DNA from: a virus
Virus record (IMG/VR): IMGVR_UViG_3300023278_002686
Span: 32,001-96,000 of that record
DNA: 64,000 nt
Strand: one strand, 5' to 3'
Below the pieces are notes generated by a model, which ran no database searches, had not been told where the DNA came from, and worked only from the letters and a program-made list of their open reading frames with translations. This document shows positions 1-9,599 of this stretch, one piece after another (positions within the stretch are counted from its first letter, which is position 1; each line of letters begins with the position of its first letter). The translations under genes and the position numbers were made by a program.

Positions 1-1738
1 AAGAGAATTAGATTTAGTTAATATAAATCCAGCAGACAGAAGAGAACAATTAAAAAAAATACGTAATTTAGAATTTAAAAATGAAATAAAACAGATTGAA
101 GAAGAATTAGAGTTTTTAGAAAAAGATAAAACTATTTCTTTAGATAAAGATATTGCTATTTTAGAGAATAAAGAATATGATATAAAAGAGTTAAAAGAAC
201 TTCCTTTTAACTCAGAAAATTATTCTAAAAAAGAATCCGAACTTGAACATCTTAATAGAGAAATACAAGAATATTCTAATGTAAAAAATAAGATTAATGA
301 ATTAACAAATAAACAACAATTAATACGAACTCAAATTGATGAAACTACTCATGAAAAATTAAAATTAAAATCTCAAGGTGTCGATTATTCTAATAAAATT
401 TCTTCACTTGATTATGAATTAAAAAATAATTCTTTTGGTGCTAATTTAGAAACATATAAATCACAATTAAATGAAGATCATAATATAGAAGTAAATAAAT
501 TAGAACAACAAAGTAATAATATTATATTACAAAGAGTTCCTATATTTGATAATATTGAATTAAAAAAAGTAGAAAAGGAATCTTTAGAACTTACTGCTAA
601 ACTTATGAGTTTAAAGCAAGAGTTAGCTTTAGTTAAACAAGGTAATTGTCCCACATGCGGTCAACCATTCAAATCATCTGAGGATGATATTAGTATAGAA
701 ATTGGTGCTAATAGTACAACATTAGAATCGATTCAAAAAAGATTAAAAGAATTAAAAGAAGAATTTGATAAATATTCTAAAATGAATATAGAAAATGAAA
801 AACTTAATAATTTGAAACAACAATTACATATTAAAATAGAAGCTGAGAAGAAAGCTATTCAAATTAAAATTCAAACTATTAAAGATAATATTGAAAAAGA
901 AAAAAAGAATATAGAAATTTATAAACAACAAAAAGAAGAATCTATAAAAGAATATACTATTTTTCTAAATGAAGGTATAAAGACATTTAATGAAGCTAAT
1001 ATTAAATTAATTTCTTTAAATGAAGAAAATAATAAAATAGAAAAAGAAATTACTAAAATAAATTCAGTAGACGATTATATTTCTAAATTAGATTTATTAG
1101 AAAAACAAAAATTAATTGTTGAAAGTTCTATTGACTTATTTAAAGCTATACTTATAAAAAATAATCTTATTAAGGAACAAAATGAAAAAGTAGAAAAAAT
1201 TAAAATAAAAGATCAGGAAACTTTTAAGGAATTACAAAAGAATAAGTCAGAACTTATTCAAGAGATTACTGAATATAAAGAAGCTAGAGATATTCTTAGA
1301 AAGAAATTTCCTAATTTTATATTAAAAGACTTTATTCAAAATATTAAAGTTGGTATGAATAATTTTCTTTCTAAAACTTATAATGAAAATTATGAAATAG
1401 ATATTATAGAAAAGAAAGATTCAATTCATGTAGTTTATGGACCTTATAAAAAAGATGTATATTTAGCATCTGGATATGAATCAGCATTATTTTCTTTAGC
1501 ATATAAAGATGCTCTTAATAGAATGCAAAATCTTAATTTATTAATACTTGATGAGGTAGATCAAAATGCTAATGATAAAAATTGTATAATCTTATACGAA
1601 CATATAGGATCATTAAAAAAATCATATACACAAATTCTTTTAATTACTCATAGAGAAATAATTAAAGATTTATTAATAAATAGTTATGATGCTTCAGTCT
1701 ATGAAGTAAGCAATGGACAAATTGTTAAGGAAATTTAA
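1..1738 (+). CDS. SbcC/Rad50-like (T4 gp46-like) recombination ATPase, 5'-truncated by window edge
   Basis: Frame appears open from position 2 (RELDLVNINPADRREQLKK...); long coiled coil, zinc hook CPTCGQ, ABC signature-like LASGYE, Walker B LLILDE, H-loop LITH. Confidence 0.9.
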   Translation, partial: RELDLVNINPADRREQLKKIRNLEFKNEIKQIEEELEFLEKDKTISLDKDIAILENKEYDIKELKELPFNSENYSKKESELEHLNREIQEYSNVKNKINELTNKQQLIRTQIDETTHEKLKLKSQGVDYSNKISSLDYELKNNSFGANLETYKSQLNEDHNIEVNKLEQQSNNIILQRVPIFDNIELKKVEKESLELTAKLMSLKQELALVKQGNCPTCGQPFKSSEDDISIEIGANSTTLESIQKRLKELKEEFDKYSKMNIENEKLNNLKQQLHIKIEAEKKAIQIKIQTIKDNIEKEKKNIEIYKQQKEESIKEYTIFLNEGIKTFNEANIKLISLNEENNKIEKEITKINSVDDYISKLDLLEKQKLIVESSIDLFKAILIKNNLIKEQNEKVEKIKIKDQETFKELQKNKSELIQEITEYKEARDILRKKFPNFILKDFIQNIKVGMNNFLSKTYNENYEIDIIEKKDSIHVVYGPYKKDVYLASGYESALFSLAYKDALNRMQNLNLLILDEVDQNANDKNCIILYEHIGSLKKSYTQILLITHREIIKDLLINSYDASVYEVSNGQIVKEI

Positions 1739-2029
1739 ATGGATTTTATAGAAAAAGTTGGTTATATAGATAAACATGATTCTTGTTATGATATCTCTAA
1801 GAAGGATATTGAACTATTAGGAAAAAAAATACTTAAAATTCTTGAAAAACAATATCCTAATGATAAATTTAAAATAGAAAATAATGAAGAAGGATTATTT
1901 ATTATAGTAAATAATCCAGATTTATATGACAAAGATGAATATTTTGACTTTTTATGGACGATGAAGAAATTAAATCCTGAGATAAGAGATAATTTTATTT
2001 TTTGTTTTGATTATCCAAATAATTTTTAA
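1739..2029 (+). CDS. hypothetical protein
   Basis: 96 aa ORF abutting upstream stop; no motif recognised. Confidence 0.6.
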   Translation: MDFIEKVGYIDKHDSCYDISKKDIELLGKKILKILEKQYPNDKFKIENNEEGLFIIVNNPDLYDKDEYFDFLWTMKKLNPEIRDNFIFCFDYPNNF

Positions 2030-2044
2030 AGTAGGAGGTTTTAA

Positions 2045-2248
2045 ATGATTGAAAGAATAGGTTATGAAAATGATGGCTATGCAGATCGAGAAGCATATTG
2101 TGATGCTCCTGGATGTGACGAAATTATTGAATTAAAAGAATGTACTTTTTATGAACTTATAGATGAAATTAAATGTATGGGTTGGAAAATTACTAAAGAA
2201 GGTGATGAATGGACACACTATTGTGAAGAACATAGGGGAGGATACTAG
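2045..2248 (+). CDS. small putative Zn-binding phage protein
   Basis: AGGAGG RBS; CDAPGC ... GWK ... HYC pattern. Confidence 0.65.
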   Translation: MIERIGYENDGYADREAYCDAPGCDEIIELKECTFYELIDEIKCMGWKITKEGDEWTHYCEEHRGGY

Positions 2249-2250
2249 TA

Positions 2251-2370
2251 ATGGGATGTGCAATTATAATATTAGCTAGTGTATTAGCTACTTATTTTTT
2301 TGGTGGTGAATTTTGGGGATATTTATTAGGACTTGGTCTGTTATGGATTATTTTTGGAGATAATAGATGA
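2251..2370 (+). CDS. small hydrophobic membrane peptide (not in ORF track)
   Basis: GGAGG upstream; MGCAIIILASVLATYFFGGEFWGYLLGLGLLWIIFGDNR; stop overlaps next ATG. Confidence 0.55.
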   Translation: MGCAIIILASVLATYFFGGEFWGYLLGLGLLWIIFGDNR

Positions 2371-2672
2371 AAAAAATATTATTAGTACTAGTGATAATAC
2401 TACTAGGTACCTCATGTACAGATTTTGAAAGACATGTGAAGATGGTTCCTAGAGATAGAATAAACGAAGAAAAAAATTCAAGTTATATGACTTGGTTAGA
2501 TCGTAATTTAATAAATCAAATTCCTGTACAATTTAAATTTGTAAAAAAATTAAAAACTCATTTTTATATTTGCCAATATCATAATTTTGAATATATTGTT
2601 TATATATATACAAATAGGTTTAGTGTTCCTGTAATTAATTTTACAAAATTGGAGATAGTAAGTAATGAATGA
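2367..2672 (+). CDS. putative lipoprotein
   Basis: MKK plus hydrophobic stretch ending in lipobox-like LGTSC. Confidence 0.55.
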   Translation: MKKILLVLVIILLGTSCTDFERHVKMVPRDRINEEKNSSYMTWLDRNLINQIPVQFKFVKKLKTHFYICQYHNFEYIVYIYTNRFSVPVINFTKLEIVSNE

Positions 2673-3084
2673 AAAAGTAATAATAGCCTTTTGGAGAGGT
2701 GAAAAAGTAAGATTAAAAAATTGGCCTCCAGGTGAATATTTTTATTTAAATCCTGCAACTCATAACGTATTTGATAAGAATGCGGTTAGATGGGAGAATC
2801 CCCCTTTAATATCAAATTTGTTATCTAATGATTTTGAAATATACGAAGAACCTATTTTAGATTCAGAAAATAATATAATAAAACAAGGTGATATATTTAT
2901 ACCTCTCAATGTCGAAAATCCTCATCCAAATATCTTTCATAGTCAAGTAGAAGGAAAATATTTTATAGGATTTTTTTGTCTTGGGCGATTTTGTAGAGGT
3001 GATGACAGATCTTCTTCTTCCTCTATCAGGAAACTAGCGAATGCTCCTCAAGAAATTTTAGATTTAATTAAGGAGCAAAAATGA
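2665..3084 (+). CDS. hypothetical protein
   Basis: GGAG RBS, overlaps neighbours; N-terminal GEKVRLKNW resembles a common phage domain. Confidence 0.6.
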   Translation: MNEKVIIAFWRGEKVRLKNWPPGEYFYLNPATHNVFDKNAVRWENPPLISNLLSNDFEIYEEPILDSENNIIKQGDIFIPLNVENPHPNIFHSQVEGKYFIGFFCLGRFCRGDDRSSSSSIRKLANAPQEILDLIKEQK

Positions 3085-3251
3085 AAAAGAAACATTTAAA
3101 ATGTTGTGGGAATTGCTCTAAAGAAGGAGGAGAAGAAGGAGTGTCGTATTGTGGTGACATGTACAAAAAAGTTAAAGCGTGGGAAGTGTGCATTAATTGG
3201 GAATATGATAACAACAAAAGATCAACAAGAAAAGGGAGATCATCACAATGA
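3081..3251 (+). CDS. small Cys-rich protein (not in ORF track)
   Basis: AAGGAG RBS, ATGA overlap; MKKKHLKCCGNCSKEGG...YC...VCINW. Confidence 0.55.
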   Translation: MKKKHLKCCGNCSKEGGEEGVSYCGDMYKKVKAWEVCINWEYDNNKRSTRKGRSSQ

Positions 3252-3320
3252 AAAAGTTTTTAATAACACATATAATAGCTGCACCACAAGAAATATTAAA
3301 TATATTTGAGGAAAATTTAG

Positions 3321-3494
3321 ATGAAAGTATATGAAATAGAATGTTTTCCAAGTGCCAATACATGTATTGAAAAAGATCTTAAAAGGATGTTTGTTTGGTT
3401 TGAAGAAGCCAATATCGAAGATGAAATTAAAATTAAAGTACTTGAGATGAGTGAAGAAGAATATGAAAATCTTCCTGAATTTGAAGGACCATAA
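3321..3494 (+). CDS. small acidic phage protein (not in ORF track)
   Basis: GAGG RBS; 57 aa ending EMSEEEYENLPEFEGP. Confidence 0.55.
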   Translation: MKVYEIECFPSANTCIEKDLKRMFVWFEEANIEDEIKIKVLEMSEEEYENLPEFEGP

Positions 3495-3504
3495 GGGGTA
3501 ACTA

Positions 3505-4197
3505 ATGTCAGGGCCAATATCGGTAAATAAAAATAATTATCATAAAAATAATAGTATAGTATATACTCCAGATATTCTTTGTAAGAAATTAGTAGATATA
3601 TATGAATCGAGTAGAACAGATACAGATAAAGATAAAAAAATTATATTTGATCCATGTACAGGAACCGGAAATTTACTTAGATATTTTAAAATATATTTCG
3701 ATCAATATAATAATGAATATTTCAGGAATCACTACCTAACTTTTGGAATGGATATAGATGATAATAAAGATCGAAAATATTGTGATAAATTTATTAAACA
3801 AAATTTCTTATCTTGGGAGCCTACAAATAAAATAAAACCAGACTTAGTTATTATGAACCCACCTTTTAATAGAGAGTTAGATAATGAAACAATTAAATGG
3901 ATGAAAGAACATAAGTTAGGAAAAGCATTATTACCAGATTTATTTCTTAAGCAGGCATTTGATCTATTTGGACATGATCAGAAAGTGATAATGATTACAC
4001 CTATGGGATTTCGATTAAATCAGAGAATGATATCTAAACGATATAAAGAGTATTCTATAGGTAAGTATGGTGATTCTAAGATTACATCGATAATGAGTAT
4101 TCCATTAGATATATTTCCAGAGGTACAAATTCATATTGAAATATTATTCTGGAATATAAAAGGAATCGAACCTCATTATTGGTTAGATTCAGTTTAG
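3505..4197 (+). CDS. DNA N6-adenine (amino) methyltransferase
   Basis: VYTP, motif I FDPCTGTG, motif IV IMNPPF. Confidence 0.85.
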   Translation: MSGPISVNKNNYHKNNSIVYTPDILCKKLVDIYESSRTDTDKDKKIIFDPCTGTGNLLRYFKIYFDQYNNEYFRNHYLTFGMDIDDNKDRKYCDKFIKQNFLSWEPTNKIKPDLVIMNPPFNRELDNETIKWMKEHKLGKALLPDLFLKQAFDLFGHDQKVIMITPMGFRLNQRMISKRYKEYSIGKYGDSKITSIMSIPLDIFPEVQIHIEILFWNIKGIEPHYWLDSV

Positions 4198-4208
4198 GAG
4201 AAATTTTT

Positions 4209-4592
4209 ATGAAAAATTCTAATAGAATATATAGACATTATAAAAATATGAAATCTCAGAAAAGAGATAAAGATGATAGATCTTATAATGCTAGTATACA
4301 TGCGAAGGTATTTAAAGAGTTAGAGTTTAAATTTATAATTAAACATCTTACTAAAAATGAAAAATATTATCTTTCTAGAAAAATATATAATGCTTTTCTT
4401 TATATAAATAATTTAAATTGTGTTGATAACTATAGGTTAGCTCTATTCAATCCTAATAGATTAGTAAAAAAATGGATAGGTAAATTTGATTATGATTTAC
4501 AAAAAGATAATGGTTGTTGTGGGTTTTATGATGAGGAAGTAAAATTAAATTCTAGTAAAATAGTATTATTTGGATTTAATTTTGGTCATTAA
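4209..4592 (+). CDS. hypothetical protein
   Basis: AGGAG RBS before ATG 4209; C-terminal NGCCGFYD...GFNFGH. Confidence 0.6.
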   Translation: MKNSNRIYRHYKNMKSQKRDKDDRSYNASIHAKVFKELEFKFIIKHLTKNEKYYLSRKIYNAFLYINNLNCVDNYRLALFNPNRLVKKWIGKFDYDLQKDNGCCGFYDEEVKLNSSKIVLFGFNFGH

Positions 4593-4640
4593 AATTTATA
4601 GAAGGTTGTAAAAAATAAGTGAAATATATTTAATAAATAT

Positions 4641-4669
4641 TTGATATTTATTAAATATTATTATATTCT
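4641..4669 (+). promoter_or_regulatory. sigma70-like early promoter
   Basis: TTGATA-N17-TATTCT upstream of the CCA gene. Confidence 0.55.
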
Positions 4670-4690
4670 ATATATAGAGGATAAATTTAA

Positions 4691-6022
4691 ATGGATAAAC
4701 GATTTAAAAATGCAATGTATATATTAAAAGTACTTCAAAATAATAAACATGATGCTGTAATAGCTGGAGGATGGGTTAGAGATAAATTAATTGGAGTTCC
4801 ATCAAAAGATATAGATATAGCAACTTCAGCTAAACCCGAAGAAGTTGAAGCATTATTTGAGAAAACTATTCCTATAGGAAAAGCTTTTGGAATCATTAGT
4901 GTAATTATTAATGAAGATCAATTTGAAATAGCTACTTTTAGAAGTGACGGAAATTCCTTAGACGGAAGACATCCAGATTCCATCACTTTTTCTTCTATGG
5001 AAGAAGATGCTGAACGTAGAGATCTTACTATTAATGGCATGTTTTATGATCCTTTTCTTGATTTTGTAATAGATTTTGTAAAAGGTAAACAAGATATTAA
5101 AGATAAAGTAATTAAATTTATTGGTAATCCTAGAGAAAGAATTCAAGAAGATTATCTTAGAATGTTAAGAGCTATTAGATTTGCAATAAAATTAGATTTT
5201 AAAATGGAAAGTGATACTTTTAGGAGTATAATAGAAAATTCTAAACATATTACTAAAATTTCTTCGGAAAGAATTAAAGATGAATTAATTAAAATGTTTA
5301 GATTAGGAAAACCTAGAAATACTTTATATTTATTATCTTTTTGTCTTTTATTAGAAGAAATATTAATTGAAGTATACATACTAAAATTTTGTGATCAAAA
5401 TCCAGGATGGCATCCAGAAGGAAATGTATGGGAACATACTATAATTGCTATGGAAAATATTTTTAAAAATAATGAAAATCCTTCAGATGAATTAATTTGG
5501 GCAACTCTCTTACATGATATTGGAAAACCAACTACTCAAACTGTAGAAGATGGTGTAATTAGAAGTCATGGTCATGCTAAAGAAGGTGCTGATATAGCTA
5601 GAAAAATTCTTAAAAGATTAAAGTTTTCTAATGATTTTATTGAAAAAGTAACTCGACTTATATATGATCATATGGGTGTTAAAGAAATAAAAAAGATGAA
5701 AAAATCTACATTTAGAAAATATTTAGCTAAACCTTATATTGAGGATCTTATAAAATTAGCATTTGCTGATAGTCAGGCTTGCGGTATTAAAAGTCATACT
5801 AAATGGTATAATACTTATTTAGAAAGAAAAGAAAAATTAAGTAATGAAGTAATAGAAATTTTACCTTCATGCTTTGTTAATGGAAATGATTTAATACGTT
5901 TAGGGTTTAAACCAGGACCTAAGTTTAAAAAAATATTAGGTGAAATTATGGAACTTCAATTAAATGAAGAAATAAAATGTAAAGATGATGCTATAAACTA
6001 TATAAAAAAAATAAAGGAGTAA
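4691..6022 (+). CDS. cca: CCA-adding tRNA nucleotidyltransferase with HD domain
   Basis: AGGWVRD, DIDIAT, EDAERRDLTING, EDYLRMLRAIRF, ERI, HPEGNVWEH, LLHDIGKP. Confidence 0.92.
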   Translation: MDKRFKNAMYILKVLQNNKHDAVIAGGWVRDKLIGVPSKDIDIATSAKPEEVEALFEKTIPIGKAFGIISVIINEDQFEIATFRSDGNSLDGRHPDSITFSSMEEDAERRDLTINGMFYDPFLDFVIDFVKGKQDIKDKVIKFIGNPRERIQEDYLRMLRAIRFAIKLDFKMESDTFRSIIENSKHITKISSERIKDELIKMFRLGKPRNTLYLLSFCLLLEEILIEVYILKFCDQNPGWHPEGNVWEHTIIAMENIFKNNENPSDELIWATLLHDIGKPTTQTVEDGVIRSHGHAKEGADIARKILKRLKFSNDFIEKVTRLIYDHMGVKEIKKMKKSTFRKYLAKPYIEDLIKLAFADSQACGIKSHTKWYNTYLERKEKLSNEVIEILPSCFVNGNDLIRLGFKPGPKFKKILGEIMELQLNEEIKCKDDAINYIKKIKE

Positions 6023-6025
6023 ATT

Positions 6026-6304
6026 ATGTTATTAGCTTTAATTGTATCTTGGTGTATTTTAAGTTATATACTATTATTATTTATGAGTATAGGAGTTTGG
6101 TTAGAGGCATGGCTTGAAGATCGTAGTAATCTTTCTGATCCTTTGAAATATCTATATGCTAAACTAGATGATTTAGAAACAAAAGAAGAATTTTCTACAA
6201 AAATTAAATATAGTATTTTAGCTTTTCTTCCTGGAGTATATTTAGGATATTTAGTATATAATATTTTCTATATTTTCAAGAAAAAATATAAGGAGTTAAT
6301 TTAA
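6026..6304 (+). CDS. membrane protein
   Basis: AAGGAG RBS; two hydrophobic segments. Confidence 0.6.
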   Translation: MLLALIVSWCILSYILLLFMSIGVWLEAWLEDRSNLSDPLKYLYAKLDDLETKEEFSTKIKYSILAFLPGVYLGYLVYNIFYIFKKKYKELI

Positions 6305-6789
6305 TGATTCAAGAAATTAATTTAATAGATCCTTCTTTAATAGAAGGATGTAAGTGTGAAGATGTAGATATTATTAAAGAAGATCCAAAAGAGTTTGTTG
6401 CTTATTTTAATAAATTAGCAGACTTTATTAGTAAAAAGAAAGGAATCGGATTAGCTACTTGTCAAATTGGAGATTTTAGGAAAATAGCTGTAATGGTAGA
6501 TGGAGATCAAGTAGTGCCTATTATTAATCCTAGATATTTTTCTAATGCTTCAAGAGCTCAATTTAAAGAAGGATGTTTATCTTATCCTAGAAGATCTTTT
6601 TTAGTGAAGAGATTTAAAAGTATAAAGGTTAATTTTATTTCAATAAAACAAAAAGAGGATGAATCTTATGAGTTTGTAGAAATTAAAAATAAAACATTAA
6701 GAGGAATGCAATCAATAATTTTCCAACATGAGACAGATCATTGTAATGGAGTAAGTTGTGCTGTTAAAGGAAAAGAATTAAGAGGATAA
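6304..6789 (+). CDS. def: peptide deformylase
   Basis: GIGLATCQ, EGCLS and QHETDH motifs. Confidence 0.93.
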   Translation: MIQEINLIDPSLIEGCKCEDVDIIKEDPKEFVAYFNKLADFISKKKGIGLATCQIGDFRKIAVMVDGDQVVPIINPRYFSNASRAQFKEGCLSYPRRSFLVKRFKSIKVNFISIKQKEDESYEFVEIKNKTLRGMQSIIFQHETDHCNGVSCAVKGKELRG

Positions 6790-6797
6790 ATATTTTT

Positions 6798-6827
6798 AAG
6801 AGTCTCATTATATGAGACTCTTTTTTT
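6798..6827 (+). terminator. rho-independent terminator
   Basis: AAGAGTCTCAT-tat-ATGAGACTCTT followed by T tract. Confidence 0.85.
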
Positions 6828-6835
6828 ATGTGTAG

Positions 6836-6847
6836 ACTATATTTATA
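6836..6847 (+). promoter_or_regulatory. phage late promoter motif ACTATA-N5-A (leaderless, +1 = A of terminase ATG)
   Basis: ACTATA TTTAT ATG, no SD upstream; same motif precedes many structural genes. Confidence 0.7.
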
Positions 6848-8880
6848 TGAGTTTACCTCAAAAAATAGAAAATGGATCTTTTTTAATATCTGATTTATTA
6901 CAAGGCGATGATAAAATATCAAAAAGATCTGATTTTAATGAATTGTCTAATGAAGAATTACAAGAAAGTTTAAGATTAATATATAATAATAAATTTCTTT
7001 CACCTGAAAAGAAAAAATATTTATTAATGCACAGTTGGAAGATACATTATACAATTAAACCTCCTAATATACAAGAATTTTTAACTGAAGAATGGATAGG
7101 ACCAACTGCTAGATCTCTTCATCCTCACGTAATTAAGATATTATGTGAGTATTGGAAATCAGATTCTCCTTATAGAAATTTAATATTAGCCACATCGATT
7201 GGTACTGGTAAAACAACAATGAGTGCTATTTCAATGTTATATATAATAGTTCATTTAATGTGCATGAGAGATATAAAAAGATTTTTCGGACTAGCTCAAT
7301 CAGGAAGTATTTTAATTGCATTGATCTCTTTTACATTACATAAAGCGGGTCAAATTTTATTACAAAAACTTATTCAAATATTATGTTCTACTGAGAAGTT
7401 TAGAAGAGTTAATCGTGAAGAAAGAATACTTGTTGCTCAAAAAGAAACTCCTGATAAATTAATATGGACTACTGCCGGTAGAATGGGTAGCGTTCAATTT
7501 GCTGGAGATGTTCATGTTATGTTAGCATCTTCTCCTACAGCGATATTAGGGTTAGATATGATTGCAGCTGTTTTATCTGAAATATCATTCTTTCTAGATC
7601 AAGGTTATTCTTCAGAGTATATTTGGAGAATGTATAATGATACAAAAGGTCGTATTCAAAGTAGATTTAGAAAAAAATATCTTACTACATGTATATTAGA
7701 CTCGTCACCCAATGATATGGAAGAATCTCCTATTGATAAATATATTTTTACAGGAGAAGCTTATAAAGATCCTTCTAATTATATAATGACAGGTGCTCAT
7801 TGGGAATATTTACCAGATAACCATCCAGAATGGCAAAAAACAGGCGAGACATTTCCAGTATTTAAAGGAGATGGAAGTAATCCAGCTCAAGTATTAACCG
7901 AAACTGAAGTAGAGAAATACAATAAAGAAGATATATATAATGTTCCTATTGATATTAAACAACTATTTATAGATAACACAGTTAAATCTGTAAAGGATTG
8001 GTGTGGCTGGCCTGCCGGAAGTCAAAATAAAATCATAAATGATTTTTCTATTATCGAGAAGATGTTTGACGATAATCTTATTAATATATATACTCATATA
8101 TACGCTCCTTCTACATCTGTTCCTGAAAAATTAATATGGAATCAAGTTTGTAAAAAATTCTTTGTTGATATAAATGGACATTATGAATTTTATAGATCTC
8201 CATATGCTCTTAGATATATTCATATAGATCAATCTGAAACTGGAGATATTACAGGAATTTCTATGTGTCATGCTGAAGTTAATAAAAAAGGAGAACAAGT
8301 ATATATTTTAGATTTTACATTGGCTATTTCTCCTAATAAAGCACGTATTAATTTAGAAGCAATGCCCTGTTTTATTGAAGATTTGACAAAAATCGGACGT
8401 ATAAATTTAAAAAGAGTTACATTTGACAGTTATCAAAGTTCGATGGCTATTCAAAAATTAAAAAATAAAGGATATGATGCTGCTTTACTTTCAGTTGATA
8501 GAGATATAAATCCGTATATGACTTTTGTAGCTTATATGAATAGTGGACGAATTAAAGCAGGTAGAAATATTTATCTTAAAAATAACTTTAAGTCATTAAG
8601 AGAAGTCAAAACTAATTCAGGAAAAAGAAAAATAGATCATCTTATAGGTAAATTAGATAAAGTAAATAATAACAATAATTGGATTACTTCTACGACTGGA
8701 TATTATGCTAAGGATATTTCAGATTCAGCATGTGGAGCAGTTTGGACTTGTATTAATGATTATCAAGGTATTCCAAAATATGTTTATGAAGAAAAGAAAA
8801 TGATTACTGAGAAAAATAAAAATATAAAAATAAAATCAGAACTATATAATAAAATACAGGAATTAGGATATTCCTTATAA
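6847..8880 (+). CDS. terL: terminase large subunit
   Basis: Walker A SIGTGKT, Walker B-like AVLSE, DSSP coupling motif, nuclease HIDQS..GD, VTFDSYQS, KDISD. Confidence 0.85.
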   Translation: MSLPQKIENGSFLISDLLQGDDKISKRSDFNELSNEELQESLRLIYNNKFLSPEKKKYLLMHSWKIHYTIKPPNIQEFLTEEWIGPTARSLHPHVIKILCEYWKSDSPYRNLILATSIGTGKTTMSAISMLYIIVHLMCMRDIKRFFGLAQSGSILIALISFTLHKAGQILLQKLIQILCSTEKFRRVNREERILVAQKETPDKLIWTTAGRMGSVQFAGDVHVMLASSPTAILGLDMIAAVLSEISFFLDQGYSSEYIWRMYNDTKGRIQSRFRKKYLTTCILDSSPNDMEESPIDKYIFTGEAYKDPSNYIMTGAHWEYLPDNHPEWQKTGETFPVFKGDGSNPAQVLTETEVEKYNKEDIYNVPIDIKQLFIDNTVKSVKDWCGWPAGSQNKIINDFSIIEKMFDDNLINIYTHIYAPSTSVPEKLIWNQVCKKFFVDINGHYEFYRSPYALRYIHIDQSETGDITGISMCHAEVNKKGEQVYILDFTLAISPNKARINLEAMPCFIEDLTKIGRINLKRVTFDSYQSSMAIQKLKNKGYDAALLSVDRDINPYMTFVAYMNSGRIKAGRNIYLKNNFKSLREVKTNSGKRKIDHLIGKLDKVNNNNNWITSTTGYYAKDISDSACGAVWTCINDYQGIPKYVYEEKKMITEKNKNIKIKSELYNKIQELGYSL

Positions 8881-8891
8881 AGGAGATATAT

Positions 8892-9029
8892 ATGGGTGAT
8901 GTAGTTCTAAATGAACAAGATTTAAGTAAAGAACAATTTGAAGAAAAACAAGAAAAAATTGAAAAACAACCTGATGTTAAAATTGTTAAAATTAAAGAAG
9001 ATACATATCGTACAAAAGTTTATGGTTAA
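8892..9029 (+). CDS. small protein (not in ORF track)
   Basis: AAAGGAG RBS; 45 aa MGDVVLNEQDLSKEQFEEK... Confidence 0.6.
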   Translation: MGDVVLNEQDLSKEQFEEKQEKIEKQPDVKIVKIKEDTYRTKVYG

Positions 9030-9030
9030 A

Positions 9031-9058
9031 TTGACATTTTAATAAATTTTTATATTAT
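9031..9058 (+). promoter_or_regulatory. sigma70-like promoter of candidate ncRNA
   Basis: TTGACA-N16-TATTAT. Confidence 0.7.
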
Positions 9059-9064
9059 AGTAAT

Positions 9065-9351
9065 ATAAGAAATATATAGTTTTCTAGCCAATTATATATG
9101 GATAAAATTAATAAAACTAAAGGCTTTTAGTAGGTCTAAATCTATACTTTGTTGAAAGTATGCCTCTTACTAAAGTCTAACTGTCTGACTAGATCACTTA
9201 GAATGATAATGGACTCCGAATTATGGATTTTAAGGCGACGATAACTAATAATAATAGGAGCGTAAGAGAAGGTTCGTTGGAAACTTAAAGCATACGATAA
9301 GTGCTCCATTGGGAAAATGCTATTAGAAATAAAACTAATAGCATTTTTTTT
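9065..9351 (+). ncRNA. candidate structured non-coding RNA (~285 nt), family unknown
   Basis: No long + strand ORF in a gene-dense genome, GC-richer, own promoter and terminator, several stems with G-U pairs (9122-9134/9166-9177, 9144-9150/9155-9161, 9257-9263/9301-9307). Confidence 0.55.
9314..9351 (+). terminator. rho-independent terminator
   Basis: AAAATGCTATTAG-aaataaaa-CTAATAGCATTTT plus T tract. Confidence 0.85.
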
Positions 9352-9407
9352 GATAATTTCTTTCTTTCTTATATATATAAGTATATTAAATAAGGAGGAA
9401 TAATAAT

Positions 9408-9599
9408 ATGATAACAACTACTGTAGATTACCATTATTTAGAGTTTTCTTTAAAAATAAAGAATCCTAAAATTAGGATACTACATGAGAATAAATCTCAA
9501 ACATTAGAAGAAGAATTATTTGATAAGTTAGCAAAATTATCTAAAAAATTTACTAAAAAAATAGCAAAAAGAGATGGTAAATTAAAATGTCAAAAATAA
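9408..9599 (+). CDS. hypothetical protein
   Basis: AAGGAGG RBS; follows a TTGATA promoter-like site at 9350. Confidence 0.6.
   Translation: MITTTVDYHYLEFSLKIKNPKIRILHENKSQTLEEELFDKLAKLSKKFTKKIAKRDGKLKCQK

Noticed and set aside
3106-3517. Track ORFs 3106-3309 (+) and 3317-3517 (-)
   Set aside because: Short + strand ORFs with proper RBS (3081-3251, 3321-3494) explain the region better
9257-9308. tRNA or tmRNA acceptor-like stem GGAGCGT...GTGCTCCA
   Set aside because: Only ~52 nt, with no correctly placed T-arm or anticodon arm and no G3-U70 pair
9142-9417. 91 aa minus-strand ORF over the ncRNA candidate
   Set aside because: It runs through a + strand terminator, promoter and RBS, and has atypical composition; the RNA interpretation fits better but is unproven
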